A DNA stretch of 64,000 nt from Mobula hypostoma (lineage: Eukaryota). Each line of letters begins with the position of its first letter. Position 1 is the first letter of the stretch. Below are positions 13,190-26,750 of the stretch, piece after piece. The notes beneath the pieces were generated by a model that was given only the letters and a program-made list of their open reading frames with translations, had not been told where the DNA came from and did no database searches. The stretch is taken from the NCBI RefSeq assembly GCF_963921235.1, contig NC_086100.1, forward strand, positions 48,546,001 through 48,610,000. Direction: 5' to 3'. The position numbers and the translations under genes were made by a program.

Positions 13190-14110
13190 CATGCCCAGAG
13201 GCTGAGCACCAAGACATAGTACAGATGTATACAAGAAGATAGGGGTGTTTACCGTCAACATCTGCAAGACCAAGATTCTCCACTAACCTGCTTCCACAGT
13301 ATCATGCTATCTTCCAGCAATATAGGTATATGAGTAGGCCCTGGAACATGTGGGCCAGTTTTCGTATCTCAGGAGGAACCTCTTAGCAAATGCAGATGTT
13401 GGTGATTAAATCTTTTGTTTGATTGAGGAAAGGAAAAGGATACTGGAAGATCAAGACACCAGATCAGGCACACGACTCAAGGTCATTGAGCAGTAATGAT
13501 GCCTGTATATGTCTGGGACCTGAACAACTAACAGCAGGCATTTCAAGCCACTGAAAAAATATCTTCAACATTACATCTGCAAAATCCTCAAACTTAATTG
13601 AAAGCATAAGCTTCTTCTCCCAAACCAACATACCCAGCACTGAGATCCTAGTTACTCTCAATCAGCTATATAGAGCCGGCCATATCATTGACATGCCTCA
13701 CATCTGACCTTCAAACCAGAAACCCTGTTCCAGGCAAACGTAGAGGAAGATTCAAAAAGTGCACAGAGCTCCCATGAAGTAATCCAACATGCAGACTGGC
13801 TCCTGGAACCTCCCGCCCATGATTGGTGCGGGAGTATTCAGGCAGTTTTTGTTAACAAAATTCTCCACTGCTGTCAATGGACCTTCACAACTTTTGGTTG
13901 ATCGTGGGAGCAAATTAATGCAAAAAGATGCACGTGTGACAGGAAGAGTGCATCATCCTCAGACTATTTAGCTCCTCTGCCAAGCCACCTCCTTCCCCAT
14001 TTGTGGAAAGATCTGCATTTTCCACATTGGGCATAGTAGTCACCTCAGAATATGCAAAACTGGAACAGAAGCAATGTGTTCCTCACAACTGAGGGGCTGG
14101 CTATGAAGAA
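13190..14110 (+). mobile_element. RTE-clade LINE 3' fragment, highly degenerate
   Basis: gtcaacatctgcaagaccaag (VNICKTK) and tttcgtatctcagg (F.YL.) RT domain 6/7 remnants; terminal cccatttgtggaaagatctgc...agtcacctcaga zinc-finger-like end and a gaagaag tail. Confidence 0.6.
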
Positions 14111-15689
14111 GGGCATGGCAGTCTCCATGAAAATGCACCGAACTCTGCTTTAATGACCAGGTGGACAGAAAACTTACTGATGTACCACCTTGTGTCCTCT
14201 GTGTTGGACTCCACACCACACACTGCTGTTACAATCACAGAACGACCTTGAAGAAATTCCCACAACTCTCCCATCATTTCACCATTTTTGGTACTCATCA
14301 CCCAATGAGGTGCTGCTTTCACAAAACTCAGTTGCATTATAAACTGCTCCGCTAATGCAGGCAGAAAATGGCTCCAAAAATTCCCAAATCAACAAAAAAA
14401 AACATCCTGACTTGCATCAACGTTGGTGGGAGCTCTCTAAATTTTACTACTTCCCCCAGTTGATGATTATTCATGTTGGGCTTCTCCAAATGAGCACAGG
14501 TACAAGTGAATCAAAGTACTCATGCATCATGTTCTCAAAGGAGCACCAATTCAGCCGCAGAAGCCATTTGATATTTACTCACTGTTCACTATTTCCCAGG
14601 ACTGTGTTCATGTCAGGAATCTGCCAAGGATTGCTGGAAGTCTCTGAACCAATATAATGGGAACTGTTTCATCATCTTGCTTCTGGGACAGGATATCCCA
14701 TCTCAGAAATGAATTTCTATCCCATGAACAGTTCCTTATTCAACTTTCCAGAAAGCCTCATGGAATAAAAACAAACATCTGTGGCTGCAAAGCCATGCAT
14801 GAAAATTCCTCCCAACAACAGGGGAGTGGCTCAGCAACTGTTCACTGCTTTAATGCAATTTCACCTTGCAGAATGACACGCTGTACTACTTACTAAACTA
14901 ACAGTAAGTTAAATGACTCCTAAGTGACATTCAGTCATTTACTCAAGTCACAGAGGAGATTTTAGTTTTGTTGCCTGACTTCCAAGACTGTCAAAGAATT
15001 TCCTAGAGTGAAGGTTTCAGCTCTGAAAATACCAGAAATAATTGGGGCTGGTGGGGGGGGGGGGGAATTCTTGGTGGAGAAAAGATCCTAAGTCATTTTT
15101 GGACCCATCATTTGTGGATAATAAAGAAGCTCTTTATGTTCAGTTTGCTTGAGAAAGATATGTTTGGTAACCAAATGGAAAATAGATAAATAGGGTAGTT
15201 GAAGGAGAGTGATGGTATCTCCAGAAATCCATACAAATCAAGTTGGTAATGTTAGGTTCCTTGCTCAATACATGGAGCCTGCTAGTTCCAAAGTGACAAG
15301 TAGTTCCAGACCACTGGACTCAACCTGATCATTACTGGACTGACCCAGCTGCCACAAAGTACATCTGGGGAGGTAGATTTTTCATTCATTTTTCAGGATC
15401 AAAGAATCACTGGAAAGGCCTGCATATATAGTTCAGGTTTCTTTGTTCTCAAAGCTGGGGGTGAGCTGCCTTCTTCAACCACTTCACTTCCTCTCGTGAA
15501 TGTCCACAGTGTTGTTGGAGAAGGGGTTCCGGAAATTAGACCTAGCCATGATGAAGAAACAATAATATGCTACCAAGTCTGTATAATGGTCAATGCCGGA
15601 GAAGGGAACCTGTGGGTGGCACTTCCATTTGCCTGAAGCCTTTTTCCCTCCTTGTTATAATAGTTGTTGTTTGCTATTGAATTATCCTC

Positions 15690-16310
15690 TGTGATTACCT
15701 GCAGACCATGTCAACTATCATTGTCAGCTTTGCTACCGGGAAACTCAGCCTCATGGAGAAGGAAGCCAGAAAAGCCCACTACACGATGAACCATCGGGTC
15801 GCCAAAATATACCAGCTGCGTCAAAAGCTCCAACCCCTGGCTGAACAGTACGGAGGGTGGTGGTCAAGTGAAGAAGGGAAACCACCACTTGCGAACTCCG
15901 TAACATCCTCAGAAGTAAAACCAGGTACCAAGAGTAACAGGAGCTGGTAGAGCAGTGCCAGAGATAGGGATGGAGGGCACGATGTGAGCCTATAGAGGTG
16001 GGGTGGAGGCTTTAATGGCTTCTCACATTGCAACACCTACTCTCTCCTTGGCATTACAAGGGCTGCAAAGAGAAGAGTCATCAGGACCAAGACAGAGGCT
16101 GCTGAGCAAGCCTCCAGGTGGCTATGGATCAAGGGGTGTTACCAGTGGACCAATTCAGCGGGAACACAAACTAGTGTTTGATAAACCCTGGCTGGGTCAC
16201 CTGGGCAAGGATGTCTCATTTTGAAAGTCCTGAAGCACTCAATGACCCCAGGTTACACGATTGATGAAGTGTCCCAGCACATCCTGGGATGTATCTCAGC
16301 ATCAGTGTAT
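15690..16310 (+). mobile_element. Internally deleted HERO-type element
   Basis: TMSTIIVSFA...YTMNHRVAKIYQLRQKL resembles the HERO pre-RT region and is joined to C-terminal QELVEQCQR*GWRARCEPIEVG and ASRWLWIK; the 3' UTR is homologous to 2310-2440. Confidence 0.8.
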
Positions 16311-16329
16311 TTTGTAAATGGAAAAGTGC

Positions 16330-17230
16330 AGAGGGAGAAAGGGGAAGAATGTTTAGGTGGTAGGTGGGGTGTCAATTAAGCAGGGTCCTTTCTCCTATGT
16401 AGTCCCAAGTTTCACAAGTGTTGTGGGAGCAGTATTATATGATTTGTTGGGATATCAGGAAGTGAGTCACTTGTCACAGGAGACCGACCCTCTGAAGTGT
16501 TTACTTGAGTATCCGCTGATTATCCCCTATATGTTCATATTGAAGGAATAGACACACTTACTTGTTGGAGATGGACATCGTCGGATGTTTTTAAGTCATA
16601 AACATTACTTGTCACTTAACTGCCTATGCCTGAATGTTGTCTAGGTTTTACTGTATGCAGGCTTCGACTGCTTCACTCCATCTGGCGTTCCAAACTGAAT
16701 TCAACATTGTACTAACATCTCCACTTATGATGTTACTCTGGAAGGAGAAGTTTTTGATGAAGTAGAAGAACACAGTTGAACCCAGACTATGGTCCTGAAG
16801 TATGACTGCTCAGATGACCTGGGGGTAGTGTGATGCACCACAACAATCGTCCTCTGTATGAGATATGACACCAAATGTTTCTTGCCTATAGGCCTCAGTT
16901 TTGCCAAGGCCGATGCAAGCTCAACTATGAGGCAGTCACTCTCACCTTCCCTCTGGAATTTAACTTTTGCCCATGTTTGAACCAATGCTGTGATGCGAAG
17001 TTCTGGCAAACTCAAAATGGGCGTCGATGAACAGATTAACCATTTCATGTCACTGTCAAACCAGACTTTGCCTGACTTGCTAATGATTGAGAGTACACTG
17101 ATCAGGTAGTAGTTAGCTGGATTGGATTTGTTCTCATCTTTGTGAAGTCATACCTGGGCAATTTTCTACATTGGTGCTAACGTTGTAGCTATACTGGAAC
17201 AAATTGGCTGCAGATACAGCTAATTCTGTT
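16330..17230 (-). mobile_element. Old CR1/L2-type LINE RT fragments
   Basis: Mosaic of degenerate pieces related to 53985-54560 (gaagaacacagttgaacccagact; aatgatt...tgatcaggtagtagtt). Confidence 0.5.
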
Positions 17231-17348
17231 ACACAATCACACACTAATTCTGGCTGTTGACTTTCTGGGAGAGTGGAAACCTGGGGTAATCCAGATTATT
17301 GTTGTTTGCTTTGAAAAGCATTAGTGCACCTCCAAACTCATCTTTATA

Positions 17349-17420
17349 CCCAACCTATTTTATGCCGTGGGCCCCTACCATTAACCACGGGGTCTAGGGA
17401 CCCCAGGTTGGGAACCCCTG
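17349..17420. mobile_element. Small hAT-type MITE, left TIR truncated
   Basis: Right TIR AGGTTGGGAACCCCTG (17405-17420), partial left TIR CCCAACCT, and internal hairpin ccgtgg...ccacgg. Confidence 0.65.
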
Positions 17421-17627
17421 ATTTAGACCAATACCATTGGAACTGCCTGTAGCTTGCAGGCTCCTGCAATGAAGTTTCTGTTTAAATTAGTGTGAAAATT
17501 ACTGCACTTCAGAAGGATCTTTTTACATGAAATGGGCATTTGCTTTGGTCACCAGATGGAAGGCCCCTTTCAATATTGGGTTTGTTGCACTAGATTAACA
17601 GGAAAGCATAGCAACAGATCTCAACTT

Positions 17628-17785
17628 CACACACGAAATTCTGGCAATGCTGGAAATCTTGAGCAAAGCACACAAAATGCGGGAGGAACTCAGCAAGTAG
17701 GACAGTACATTAACTGTTTATTTCCCTCCATGGATGCTGCTTGACTTAACTGAGTTGCTCCAACATTTGATGCACGTGGCTCAAT
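17628..17785. mobile_element. Old fold-back pair of PLE-terminus units
   Basis: Minus-oriented aatgctggaaatcttgagcaaagcacacaaaatgcgggaggaactcagc followed by plus-oriented gatgctgcttgac...ctgagttgctccaacattt. Confidence 0.75.
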
Positions 17786-20700
17786 ATCGTGCCTTTTCTG
17801 TTTCTTTGATATTGGACGAACTAAGCAGAGGTCACTCCCAGTGTGTGCAAGTTAGGAATTGTTTTGCTTCATTCCTGAAATTGATTCTCAGAAAAGGCAA
17901 GAATTAACTTCTTACATTTCTATCATCATTACAGCTGCTTAACCATATTGAATTAGGCTTATTTTTAGCTCAAATAGTAAAGTCCTGCCATAAATAATCT
18001 GAACCCACACCAGTCTCACCAGTCATTCGACACCCCATCAAGTAGTCACCAATCGCACCCCAAGCCATTGAGCACCTGATTGAACAGTCTTCCCCGAACA
18101 GCAATCACAAGCCAACCTGCCAACTCACTACCACACATTACAGATGGCCAAATCACAACACAACCCCCTTTCTGATCCTTTGGCTTCATCCCCTCTAACA
18201 AGCCTCCACATCCCACTCTCCACCCCCTTTATAATCCCAAACCTGACCACGGCACAGACTTTTCATTTTGCACTTTGATCCATTACATTTTCCAATTTGC
18301 ACCTTGTGAAAGAAAGCCCTAAATTCACATGTCACCAATTCAGTGGCTTCTTGGGCTTTGAGAACTGTAGAATTTCCAAGGAATGGGCCTAAAATTATAA
18401 TGGTCATTCGTGCATCATGCATCAAATGTTTACTATATGCCTGCAAGCATGAAAAAGATTCTGGACCCTTGGTCTTACAATGCAACAAAACAATGGAGTA
18501 ACTTAACCATGTTAAAAAATAATTTGTGAAGACAGATTAAAGGCAATTAAGATTTGCTTTGTTCACTGGCATATGAAAAAGATAAGAAAGCTATGCTCAG
18601 AGGTGAAAATAATGCACACACAAACAGCCAATTTCCCAGCTAAGTAAGTATGGCAGAAAAACATTCTGATTGTAGGCAAAAGGAGGCCAAGAGAAGAGGT
18701 TAAGGCTCTGTGCGAGACCGGGAGAGAAGATAGTCTCCTTGGACTTTCCTGAAATCAATGTCAGATTAAGAGCGAGCTGTTTACAGTGAGTAAATTCAGG
18801 AGCTGTTTGATGAACACCAGTAAGCACACTGCCCAAAGCAGCAATACACCTTGATCAGTTAGACATGATCAAGGTAATATGCATACCAGGTAGAATGTTA
18901 TACATGTCCTTGTTGAAAATGCTACTGCCTTTTAATCACACAAAATAGGACTTGTACATTTGTTGCAACAATTGAGATTGAATCACTGATGCTTTGGGAA
19001 GAACTTTATTTACCTTAAACTAAATCACTGGATTACATACTATCTGCTTAATGGCAGATTGTTGCAACATAAGGTGCAAAACATGGAATATATAATTAAT
19101 GCAGCCTTCTGATATATCAAGCCCAATGTATTAGAAAGCCTCAATTCCTGTTAATTGTATAGTTCTCATTTACCATGAAGTTAATAGTTCCCCAAGGACA
19201 TTCACCACCTGTCCCCCTCCTGCTTTTCTATTATAAGTGACTTGTGCATTTAATCTTAGAGCCTTGTGGATTATGGCATTAATACACTGCAGGGAAATCT
19301 ATTCTCTTCTCAGTTTGACTATAGTATTTTTGAAAGAGTCCTTAATCCAAATAAGGTTTAAATAATCTCAATTTTATGTCCTTAATGTACATAATAGGTT
19401 AAAATTCGAGACAGAGGATTTAATAATTTTCCAAGGACAACTTCTAACTTCCCAAACAGAATATAATTGACAATAATTCCCCAGCATGTTGAAATGGTAC
19501 ATTCCGATTCCCTTTGCCCTCATGACCCCACCAGTCCAATAGGGAGAGGGAACGAAGATAGCGATGGGACAGGAACTGGTCAATCATTATTTGGACTGAC
19601 TTTGTTATAAATGACTTTTTCTCTGGTTCTTAAATTATTTGCACTTCTCGTATTATTTATCAAGTTCTGTTCCGAAAATCATGACAGTGGGTGAAGCTTT
19701 AGGAAGATCACAGGTGTGAGTGGGATTTGGGGAATGGTAGAAGACTGTATCACTTGTGTTAGCATGCCATTTATTTTCTACCAGTCTGCTGGGCTACTGG
19801 AGCCTGCTTTACTTTGCAACATTAACATATTTCATTTTCCTACCTTTTCAACCTCTCTCTGTTAATCAGCATTTCTTTTTCTATTCTTTCTGTTATCTCA
19901 ATGTTGCTCAATTGTCTCCTTTTTCACCTATGTCACTTCAAGGTCAGTCTACTTGCATGTTTTGTATTTTCCATGTTCTTTCACACTTCCATGTGCTCAG
20001 TGCCATTTTAAATGTCGTTTAGTGGTGACATCTTGTTGTTTTGATTTCATGTTGTTAATTCTCGTCATAACTGTTGCTTGACATGCTGGGCATTTGCACG
20101 ATCTCCTGTTTCTGTTGTAAGAATATTAACTTGAGCCTGGCACTATGGCACCATATCCCAGGAGCAGATTGAAGGGGTGGGATAAGGGAATGAAATGCAT
20201 GAGCTCATTGTTTTGGTTCTCGAAGTACAGCACAATATACAGTAAGTGCCATTAATGAGAGGAAGCCAAGTTGTAGTAAGTCAAATGCAGAAGCACTAAT
20301 GGAAAGGAATAATATTTCTTTGTTTTTTTTGGCAAAATACTGGTTTATTTTCTTGATGCATTTTCATGTTCATGTGCACAGATCAAAGATCCAAATCACC
20401 ATAAGAGAAGAAAGAGCATAGATGACAGTAAATAATTCATTGTGCCTTCTCCTAAAAGACCTGCTGGCAAAGAAATGGGTTTGGTAATAATTAGCTAAAT
20501 TGTTCGGGCAGTGCATTTGGGAGAAATGTGAATGAATTGCTGGTAGCCATTTTGTATCTCATCAAATCAACATATTAATGTTGCCTCAGATCCTGGATTT
20601 TTCACTCTTCGCCTTCTTCTCTCTATTGATTGGATAGGAATATCTCTTTATCCTCTTTATCTCACCTTGAAAGCCCACCTTCATTACCAGGCCATTTGGT

Positions 20701-23700
20701 CATTCATTGAAATATCAGCTTCTTTGATTCAGCACCTATCTTGTTGTGATTTCATTTCAAACCTCCACTTGAACATCAAAGATGCAATATAAATGCGAGC
20801 TATTGTCGCTACTATAGTCTGATTATTTCAAAGTTTTCACGTTGGTCGTTAACCAATACTTTCCTAATCTATCACCATAACCAATCCCAAAAGTTTTAAA
20901 ATATTAAAAATACTCACCCCATAAATCTGTAAATTAGTGAAGACTAAAATGCCAATGCCTTTCAGAGGAAAAGAGATTTATCAGGTATTTACAAATTAAT
21001 TTAGATATGCTCATTTATTGATCATTATTGAGTTTATCTGATTGTGAAAATGAGTTTGAAATAAGAGTTCTGAGCTTTTGCACAATATATTAAGATGAAG
21101 TGAACACAGCCCTCACTCATTGTTACAATCATATGGAGGTAAGAATGGCCAAGAGAGGGCACTCTCAACAACAGAACTATGTACTAAATCAACTTCTTCA
21201 ATGATGTGTTATCTACAGTATTTGTTAACAAATATATGTGAAATCCTTTTAGAACTAGCCAGTTACTCATCCATTATGATGTTTACCCCAAAGATCATTC
21301 ATATTCAAGTGTCATGAGGGAAATTAGAGAAAACAACGTGATTTGCTGAGATCTTATTCAAGAGCAATTACCATCCAGTAGAAATGTCCAAGGGAAGAAG
21401 GGTCATTAAAGGATATTAAGATTTGAAATCATAGGCACAACTTCCATGTTAGAATGTAATAAAATTCATGGTTACCTGTAAAAATATGTTCCCTTTCCCA
21501 CCCTCCCAATTATTTTCTGGTTGTGGACTATTAATAAAAGTGCAATAAATTTATTTCATATGACCCCACAAGAAAATAGCAAATTCTGGGTTCTCCTGTC
21601 ACTGGTCAGTTATATTCTCGGAATGATTTCTAGTTATTATGAGCATTAGCGAGCATAGTGTAGCTGGCTCAAACCTGCAGGGACTTCTTTTTAATCCTGA
21701 CACGAGTTGCCACATGTGTTTCTGCCAGGTGCTCCAGTTTCTTTCCTCATCCCAAAGATGTGAATTACCCCTTAGTGTAAGTAAACAGCAAAATAAATCC
21801 CAGAAGGAATGGGGTTGATTGATTTGTGAGAAGGAGGTAGTTGCAGTGCTGGCTACAGGGGGAAATGGAAGGTGAATGGGACTGATGGGATTCCTCTGCT
21901 GTGAGCCAATGTGGCACCATTGAGCTGAATGTCCTCCATTTGTGATTTTTCTTACATTTTATTAGTTTCCCTCAGTCAGGTTGGTATCTAATTTGCATTA
22001 TACTGGTGGATTATTTTGGTGAAACCCCTTCCTCTAGTTATCAAGCAAGGTAAGCACTTCCTTAGTGATTTTTATTCAATTTGCTTTAAAATGGGTACTG
22101 TGATCTAAACATGCAAGATCTTCAGAGAAAATATCTTTGCAAAACATCCCTGGTTTATCCACAAACATGGTCATGCTCGGCCTATGATTCATCATCTTGT
22201 ATTTTTCTATCTTCTTAGGGAATTATAAGTAATTATAGTCCCTTCTATTCTTTGATGCAGACTTTTTCAGTTCATTTTCCACTCTGTTGCCAAAAGTTTT
22301 GGAGAAAAAGTAGAAAAAATGTGTAAAAATGATTGGAAGAGATTTTTAAAAAAGCAGTACAGGAAATTGAAAGTATTTCAATAGTTCATGCATAATAATT
22401 TCAGAGGTGGATTTATGTGTTTAATAAGTTTTATGAGTAGCAATGTAAATATAGCTAAAAAGTAATTGGCTGAAAAAGTGACAAAAATGGATTCCAAACA
22501 TTCATGGATACAAGGTGTTAAGGAAAGAATGGGTCAGTAAGGGGTGGTTGAAAAATATTGCAACCCTGCAGTAATAGAACGTCCTCAAATAAATTATAGA
22601 ATCTGCCCACTTAGAATTAAGAAATAATACAATTGTGGTTTCAGTACTTGGGGCTCGTCTATAAACTTATGACTAGCAACAACATTTTCCTGAAGTATTT
22701 TAGGATAAATTTCTTAATCAGTATTTTTCTGGTCTAATGATGATAGCAATATCCCTTGAGTTAATTCTGGCTATGTGGAGCATTCATGAAGGACCATCCA
22801 GGAGATAGTGACCAGAAAATCATCAGCTTTGGAATAGCCATGCTAAATGATACAGACCACTTCAAAAAAAAACATTTTCAATGAGATGAAAAAAAATTTG
22901 GTTCAGTTAAATTGGAATGGAAGCCCAGCAAGAAAAACTGTGTTTGAACATTGGAAAAGGTTTATGGAAATAAATTAAAGCCAGAGTTTCATGAATGACC
23001 AAAAAGATCAAACAGAAAAGAGAAAAGAAAAAGAATATGACAGATGCCAAGTTGGTATGCAAGTGAGAATCAGACTGATTGTAGACAGTTCAGAGTTACA
23101 GTGTCCTAGTGAAGGACAGCACAGAAACAGGCCCTTCAGCCCATCTAGGTAATGCTGAAACCACTTAAACAGCCTACTGTGGATGTTTAAAAAGAGAGAG
23201 GAGAAAGAGAAGACTGGCAAACATAAAAATATTCCGTACTCATGAGAAGAGAAAAATAGTTGAAGAGAAGAGCTGCCACTGCTCAGGGAGGTAGAGGGCA
23301 TGTTTAGGTCTTCTTCTTCATGTGCCTTGCGCGTTACATGCTTGGGCGATCATGGCTCTCCACATCGAACGATCCCTCGCAGTGTCAATGATATCTCGCA
23401 CACTTAGATCTGTTAGTACTTTCACAGTGTCCATATATTTTCTTCTTTGCCTTCCTCTACCGCGTTTCCCAGGCATACGGCCTTGTAATGTGAGGTATTC
23501 TATTTCTCCCTTTCTGATGACATGGCCCAGGAATTTAAGTTTCCTCTTATTTAATGTCCTCATTAAAGATCTTTTTATATGGGCACGTTGGAGTACTGTC
23601 TCATTAGTTACCCTATCTCTATATGATATTTTCAGCATTCTTCTAAGAAACCACATGTCTGTTGCTTCTAAGTTTCTTTGGAGTTTCTGGTGTTATAGTC

Positions 23701-23809
23701 CATATTTTGGAAGCATACAGCAAGATTAACCAGATGTAACATTTTAGTAGCCTAAACCTTGTTGTCATAGAAATGTGTCCGTGGTAAAAATGGGTTTCAT
23801 TTTTTAGAA

Positions 23810-23990
23810 ACACACATAAAAGTTGCTGGTGAACGCAGCAGGCCAGGCAGCATCTCTAGGAAGAGGTGCAGTCGACGTTTCAGGCTGAGACCCTTGGGGT
23901 CTTCCCAGAGATGCTGCCTGGCCTGCTGCGTTCACCAGCAACATTTATGTGCGTTGCTTGAATTTCCAGCATCTGCAGAATTCCTGTTGT
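23810..23990. mobile_element. Fold-back (tails-out) PLE-terminus insertion, 15-bp TSD, nested in RTE
   Basis: Perfect TSD TTTCATTTTTTAGAA at 23795-23809 and 23991-24005; left unit minus (truncated at hammerhead stem II), right unit plus. Confidence 0.92.
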
Positions 23991-24769
23991 TTTCATTTTT
24001 TAGAAGTTGGTTTTGGCAATGGCAATTCTTCTTTTTATTTCTACTTCACTTCTAGCATCTTGTGATATAAAGCTACCAAGGTAATTAAAGCTGGTCTTTT
24101 GTTCAATCTCTGGTTACCGATGTACAATTGGCAGTTGGGAGTATCCTGCTGTTTTGATATTACCATAGATTTGTTTTTTTTTACAGTTGACGGTTAGACC
24201 AAAATCTGCACTTGTTTGTACTACTTTGTCTAGGAGGATTTGTAGGTCTCCTGCAGCACTTGCTATTAGGGTGGTATCGTCTGCATATCTTATATTGTTG
24301 ATGTTAACACCATCAATTTTTATCCCATCTAGGTCTTCTATTTCTCTGAGAATCATTTCACTATAGATATTAAATAACTCTGGTGAGGCAATGCATCCCT
24401 GTCTAACTCCTCTTTGAATTTTAGTCCAACTGCTTATATTATCATCAACTTTTACTGCCGCTGTTTGATTCCAGTATAAATTTGGAAGCAGTTGTTGGTC
24501 CCTTCCATCAATGTTTAGTTTAGCGATAATTTGAAATAATTTTTCATGTTGCACTTTGTCAAATGCTTTAGTGAAATCAATAAAACATAAAAAGACTCAT
24601 TCTGATATTTAATTGCCCTTTCTGAAAGCATTCGTAGTATGAAAATTGCGTTCCTAGGTCCTCTATCCTCAATAAACCCGTATTGCAGTTTAGAAGTTTC
24701 TGGACTCAACTTGTTTTTAATTCGACTCAGAAAAAACTCTCAATAAAATCTTTACTATGTGACTCATAA

Positions 24770-24906
24770 GTCCTGACGAAGGGTCTCAGCCTGAAACGTC
24801 GATTGCACCTCTTCCTAGAGATGCTGCCTGGCCTCCTGCGTTCACCAGCAACTTTTATGTGTGTTGCTTGAATTTCCAGCATCTGCAGAATTCCTGTTGT
24901 TTGCGT
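24770..24906 (+). mobile_element. PLE-terminus short element with hammerhead, at the RTE inversion junction
   Basis: GTC-CTGACGA-AGGGTCTCAGCCT-GAAA-CGTC-GATT...CCAGCATCTGCAGAATTCCTGTTGTTTGCG; no TSD visible. Confidence 0.9.
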
Positions 24907-25804
24907 TTTTAAACACCTATTTGGGACAGATTTAAACATGCTATACAGCAATCAGAAGAGTAGGTAATCCCAGTACAAGAAATCCAACACATCAACAAGC
25001 GGTGGATAACCCAAGAAATTCTAGATCTGATGGAACAAAGAGGGTTAATGAAGAACGATGAAGTGCAATACAGACAGCTAGACAGACAGACCAGACAATT
25101 GTGCAATATTGCAAAGGAAGAATGGCTGTATCAAAAATGCAATGAAGCAGAAGGCCATATTAATAACAGCGAAGAAATGCACAAGAAAATTAAGGAAATT
25201 ACTGGAATTAAGAAAACCTCCTCTACAGGATGCATAAGATCAGCAGACGGATCCATACTAACAGAGCCAGATAAAGTATGTGAGAGGTGGATTCAGTATA
25301 TAGAGCAGCTTTTTGAAGATAATAGAGGGGAACCCCCAGCTATTAAACACCCTAATTCTGGCCCACCCCAAGAAATAACTAAAGCAATGAAAGGCATTTT
25401 TAGGTACTGATTGAATTAGTTAATGAAGGAAGAAGATGTTCCTACAGTCTTAGCAAGGAATGCCTCACTTACTTCAGAATGTTTATGATGGCAATGCAAA
25501 TAGATTACATTTAAGGACTGTTGTGACCATGTCATGTGTCTGATAACATGAATCATTGTAATAAAATCGGAAACAAATTTGTTTCTGTCTGTAATATAAA
25601 ATCTCAATCGATAAAGGCCAACGTTTTGAAGATGAACTAATTAAAACAGGAATGAGGTTTTTCAGCCCCATGAGTGTAGAAACTGGATTTCACAAAATTT
25701 TGGTGGATTAAATAGGCACTGCATTTTACCTAGCTCTGGGTCAGATGTTAACAAAATAATTGTGAAAATCAGATGTATGGTGGATGGAAAACAGGGAAGG
25801 ATAA

Positions 25805-26750
25805 GGCTGCATCACTACCGTATGGAAACTCCAATGCCCTTGTATGGAAACTACTACAAAAAGTAATGGTCCATCGTGGGTAAAGCCCTCCCCACCATTG
25901 AGCACATCAACGCCAAGTGTTGTCGCAGGAAACCAACATCCATCAAAGGGACCCCCACCACCCAGGACATGCTCTCTTCTCGCTGCTGCCATGAGGAAGA
26001 AGGTCCAGGAGCCTCAGCACCCACACCAGCAGGATAAGAGACAGCAATTACACCTCAACCATCAGGCTTTCGAACCAAAGGGGATAGCTTCACTCAAATT
26101 CACTTGCCCCGTCATTGAAATGTTCCCACAACCTATGGACTCACTTTGAAAGACTCTTCATCTTGTTCTTGATATTTATTGTTTATTTATTTATTATTAT
26201 TATTTCTTTATTTTTGTACAGTTTGTTGTCTTTTGCACACTGGTTGAACAGGAGACAAATGGTCTTCCATTGATTCTATCATGGTTATTATTATATTATG
26301 GATTTATTGAGTATGCCTGCAAGAAAATGAATGTCAGGGTTGTATATCATAACATCTATGTATTCTGATATGAAATTCACTTTGAATCTTGAACTTTGGA
26401 ATTCTGTGAAGCACCTGGAGCTTCAAAGTTGGTGCCTCAAAAAAGGCCTCATTTTTCGTCAAGGACCCTCCCCATCTGGGACATGCCTTTTTCTCATTAC
26501 TGCCATCAAGGAGGAGCTACAGGAGCCCGAAGCCTCACACTCAAAGTTTCAAGAACAGCTTCTTCCCCTCTGCCATCAGATTTCTGAATGATCCCTGAAA
26601 TCATGAACACAAGTTCACTATCTCCCTTTTGCACGATTTATTTAATCTTTGGATTTAACAGATAGCAATTTTTGTCTTGCATTGTACTGCTGCCATAAAA
26701 CAATAAATTTCATGACATACGTCACTGATAATAAAGCTGATTCTGACTCT
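25805..26750 (+). mobile_element. Two tandem Rex1/Babar-like LINE 3' ends
   Basis: catccatcaaagggacccccaccacccaggacatgctctcttctcgctgctgcca..ggaagaagg repeated in diverged form at about 26450-26580; tails actttgaatcttgaacttt (about 26380) and aataaagctgattctgactct (about 26730). Confidence 0.7.

Larger units (their letters stand above)
23310..25392 (-). mobile_element. RTE-clade LINE with inverted 5' segment (twin-priming type), (GAA)n tail, 13-bp TSD
   Basis: Minus strand: LMSHIVKILL (24769), QYGF, GVRQGCIASPELFNIYSE, NIRYADDT, MWFLRRMLKISY...GKRGRGRQRRKYMD; plus strand 24910-25392 encodes the upstream linker (AKEEWL...ERWIQYIEQLF). TSD GGCATGTTTAGGT (23297-23309) vs GGCATTTTTAGGT (25393-25405). 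Confidence 0.9.

Noticed and set aside
21253-21549. Terminal exon (TSQLLIHYDVYPKDHSYSSVMREIRENNVIC*) with AATAAA at 21458, 21533 and 21544
   Set aside because: Short frame in AT-rich DNA, with no recognisable homology and no compatible upstream exon found.
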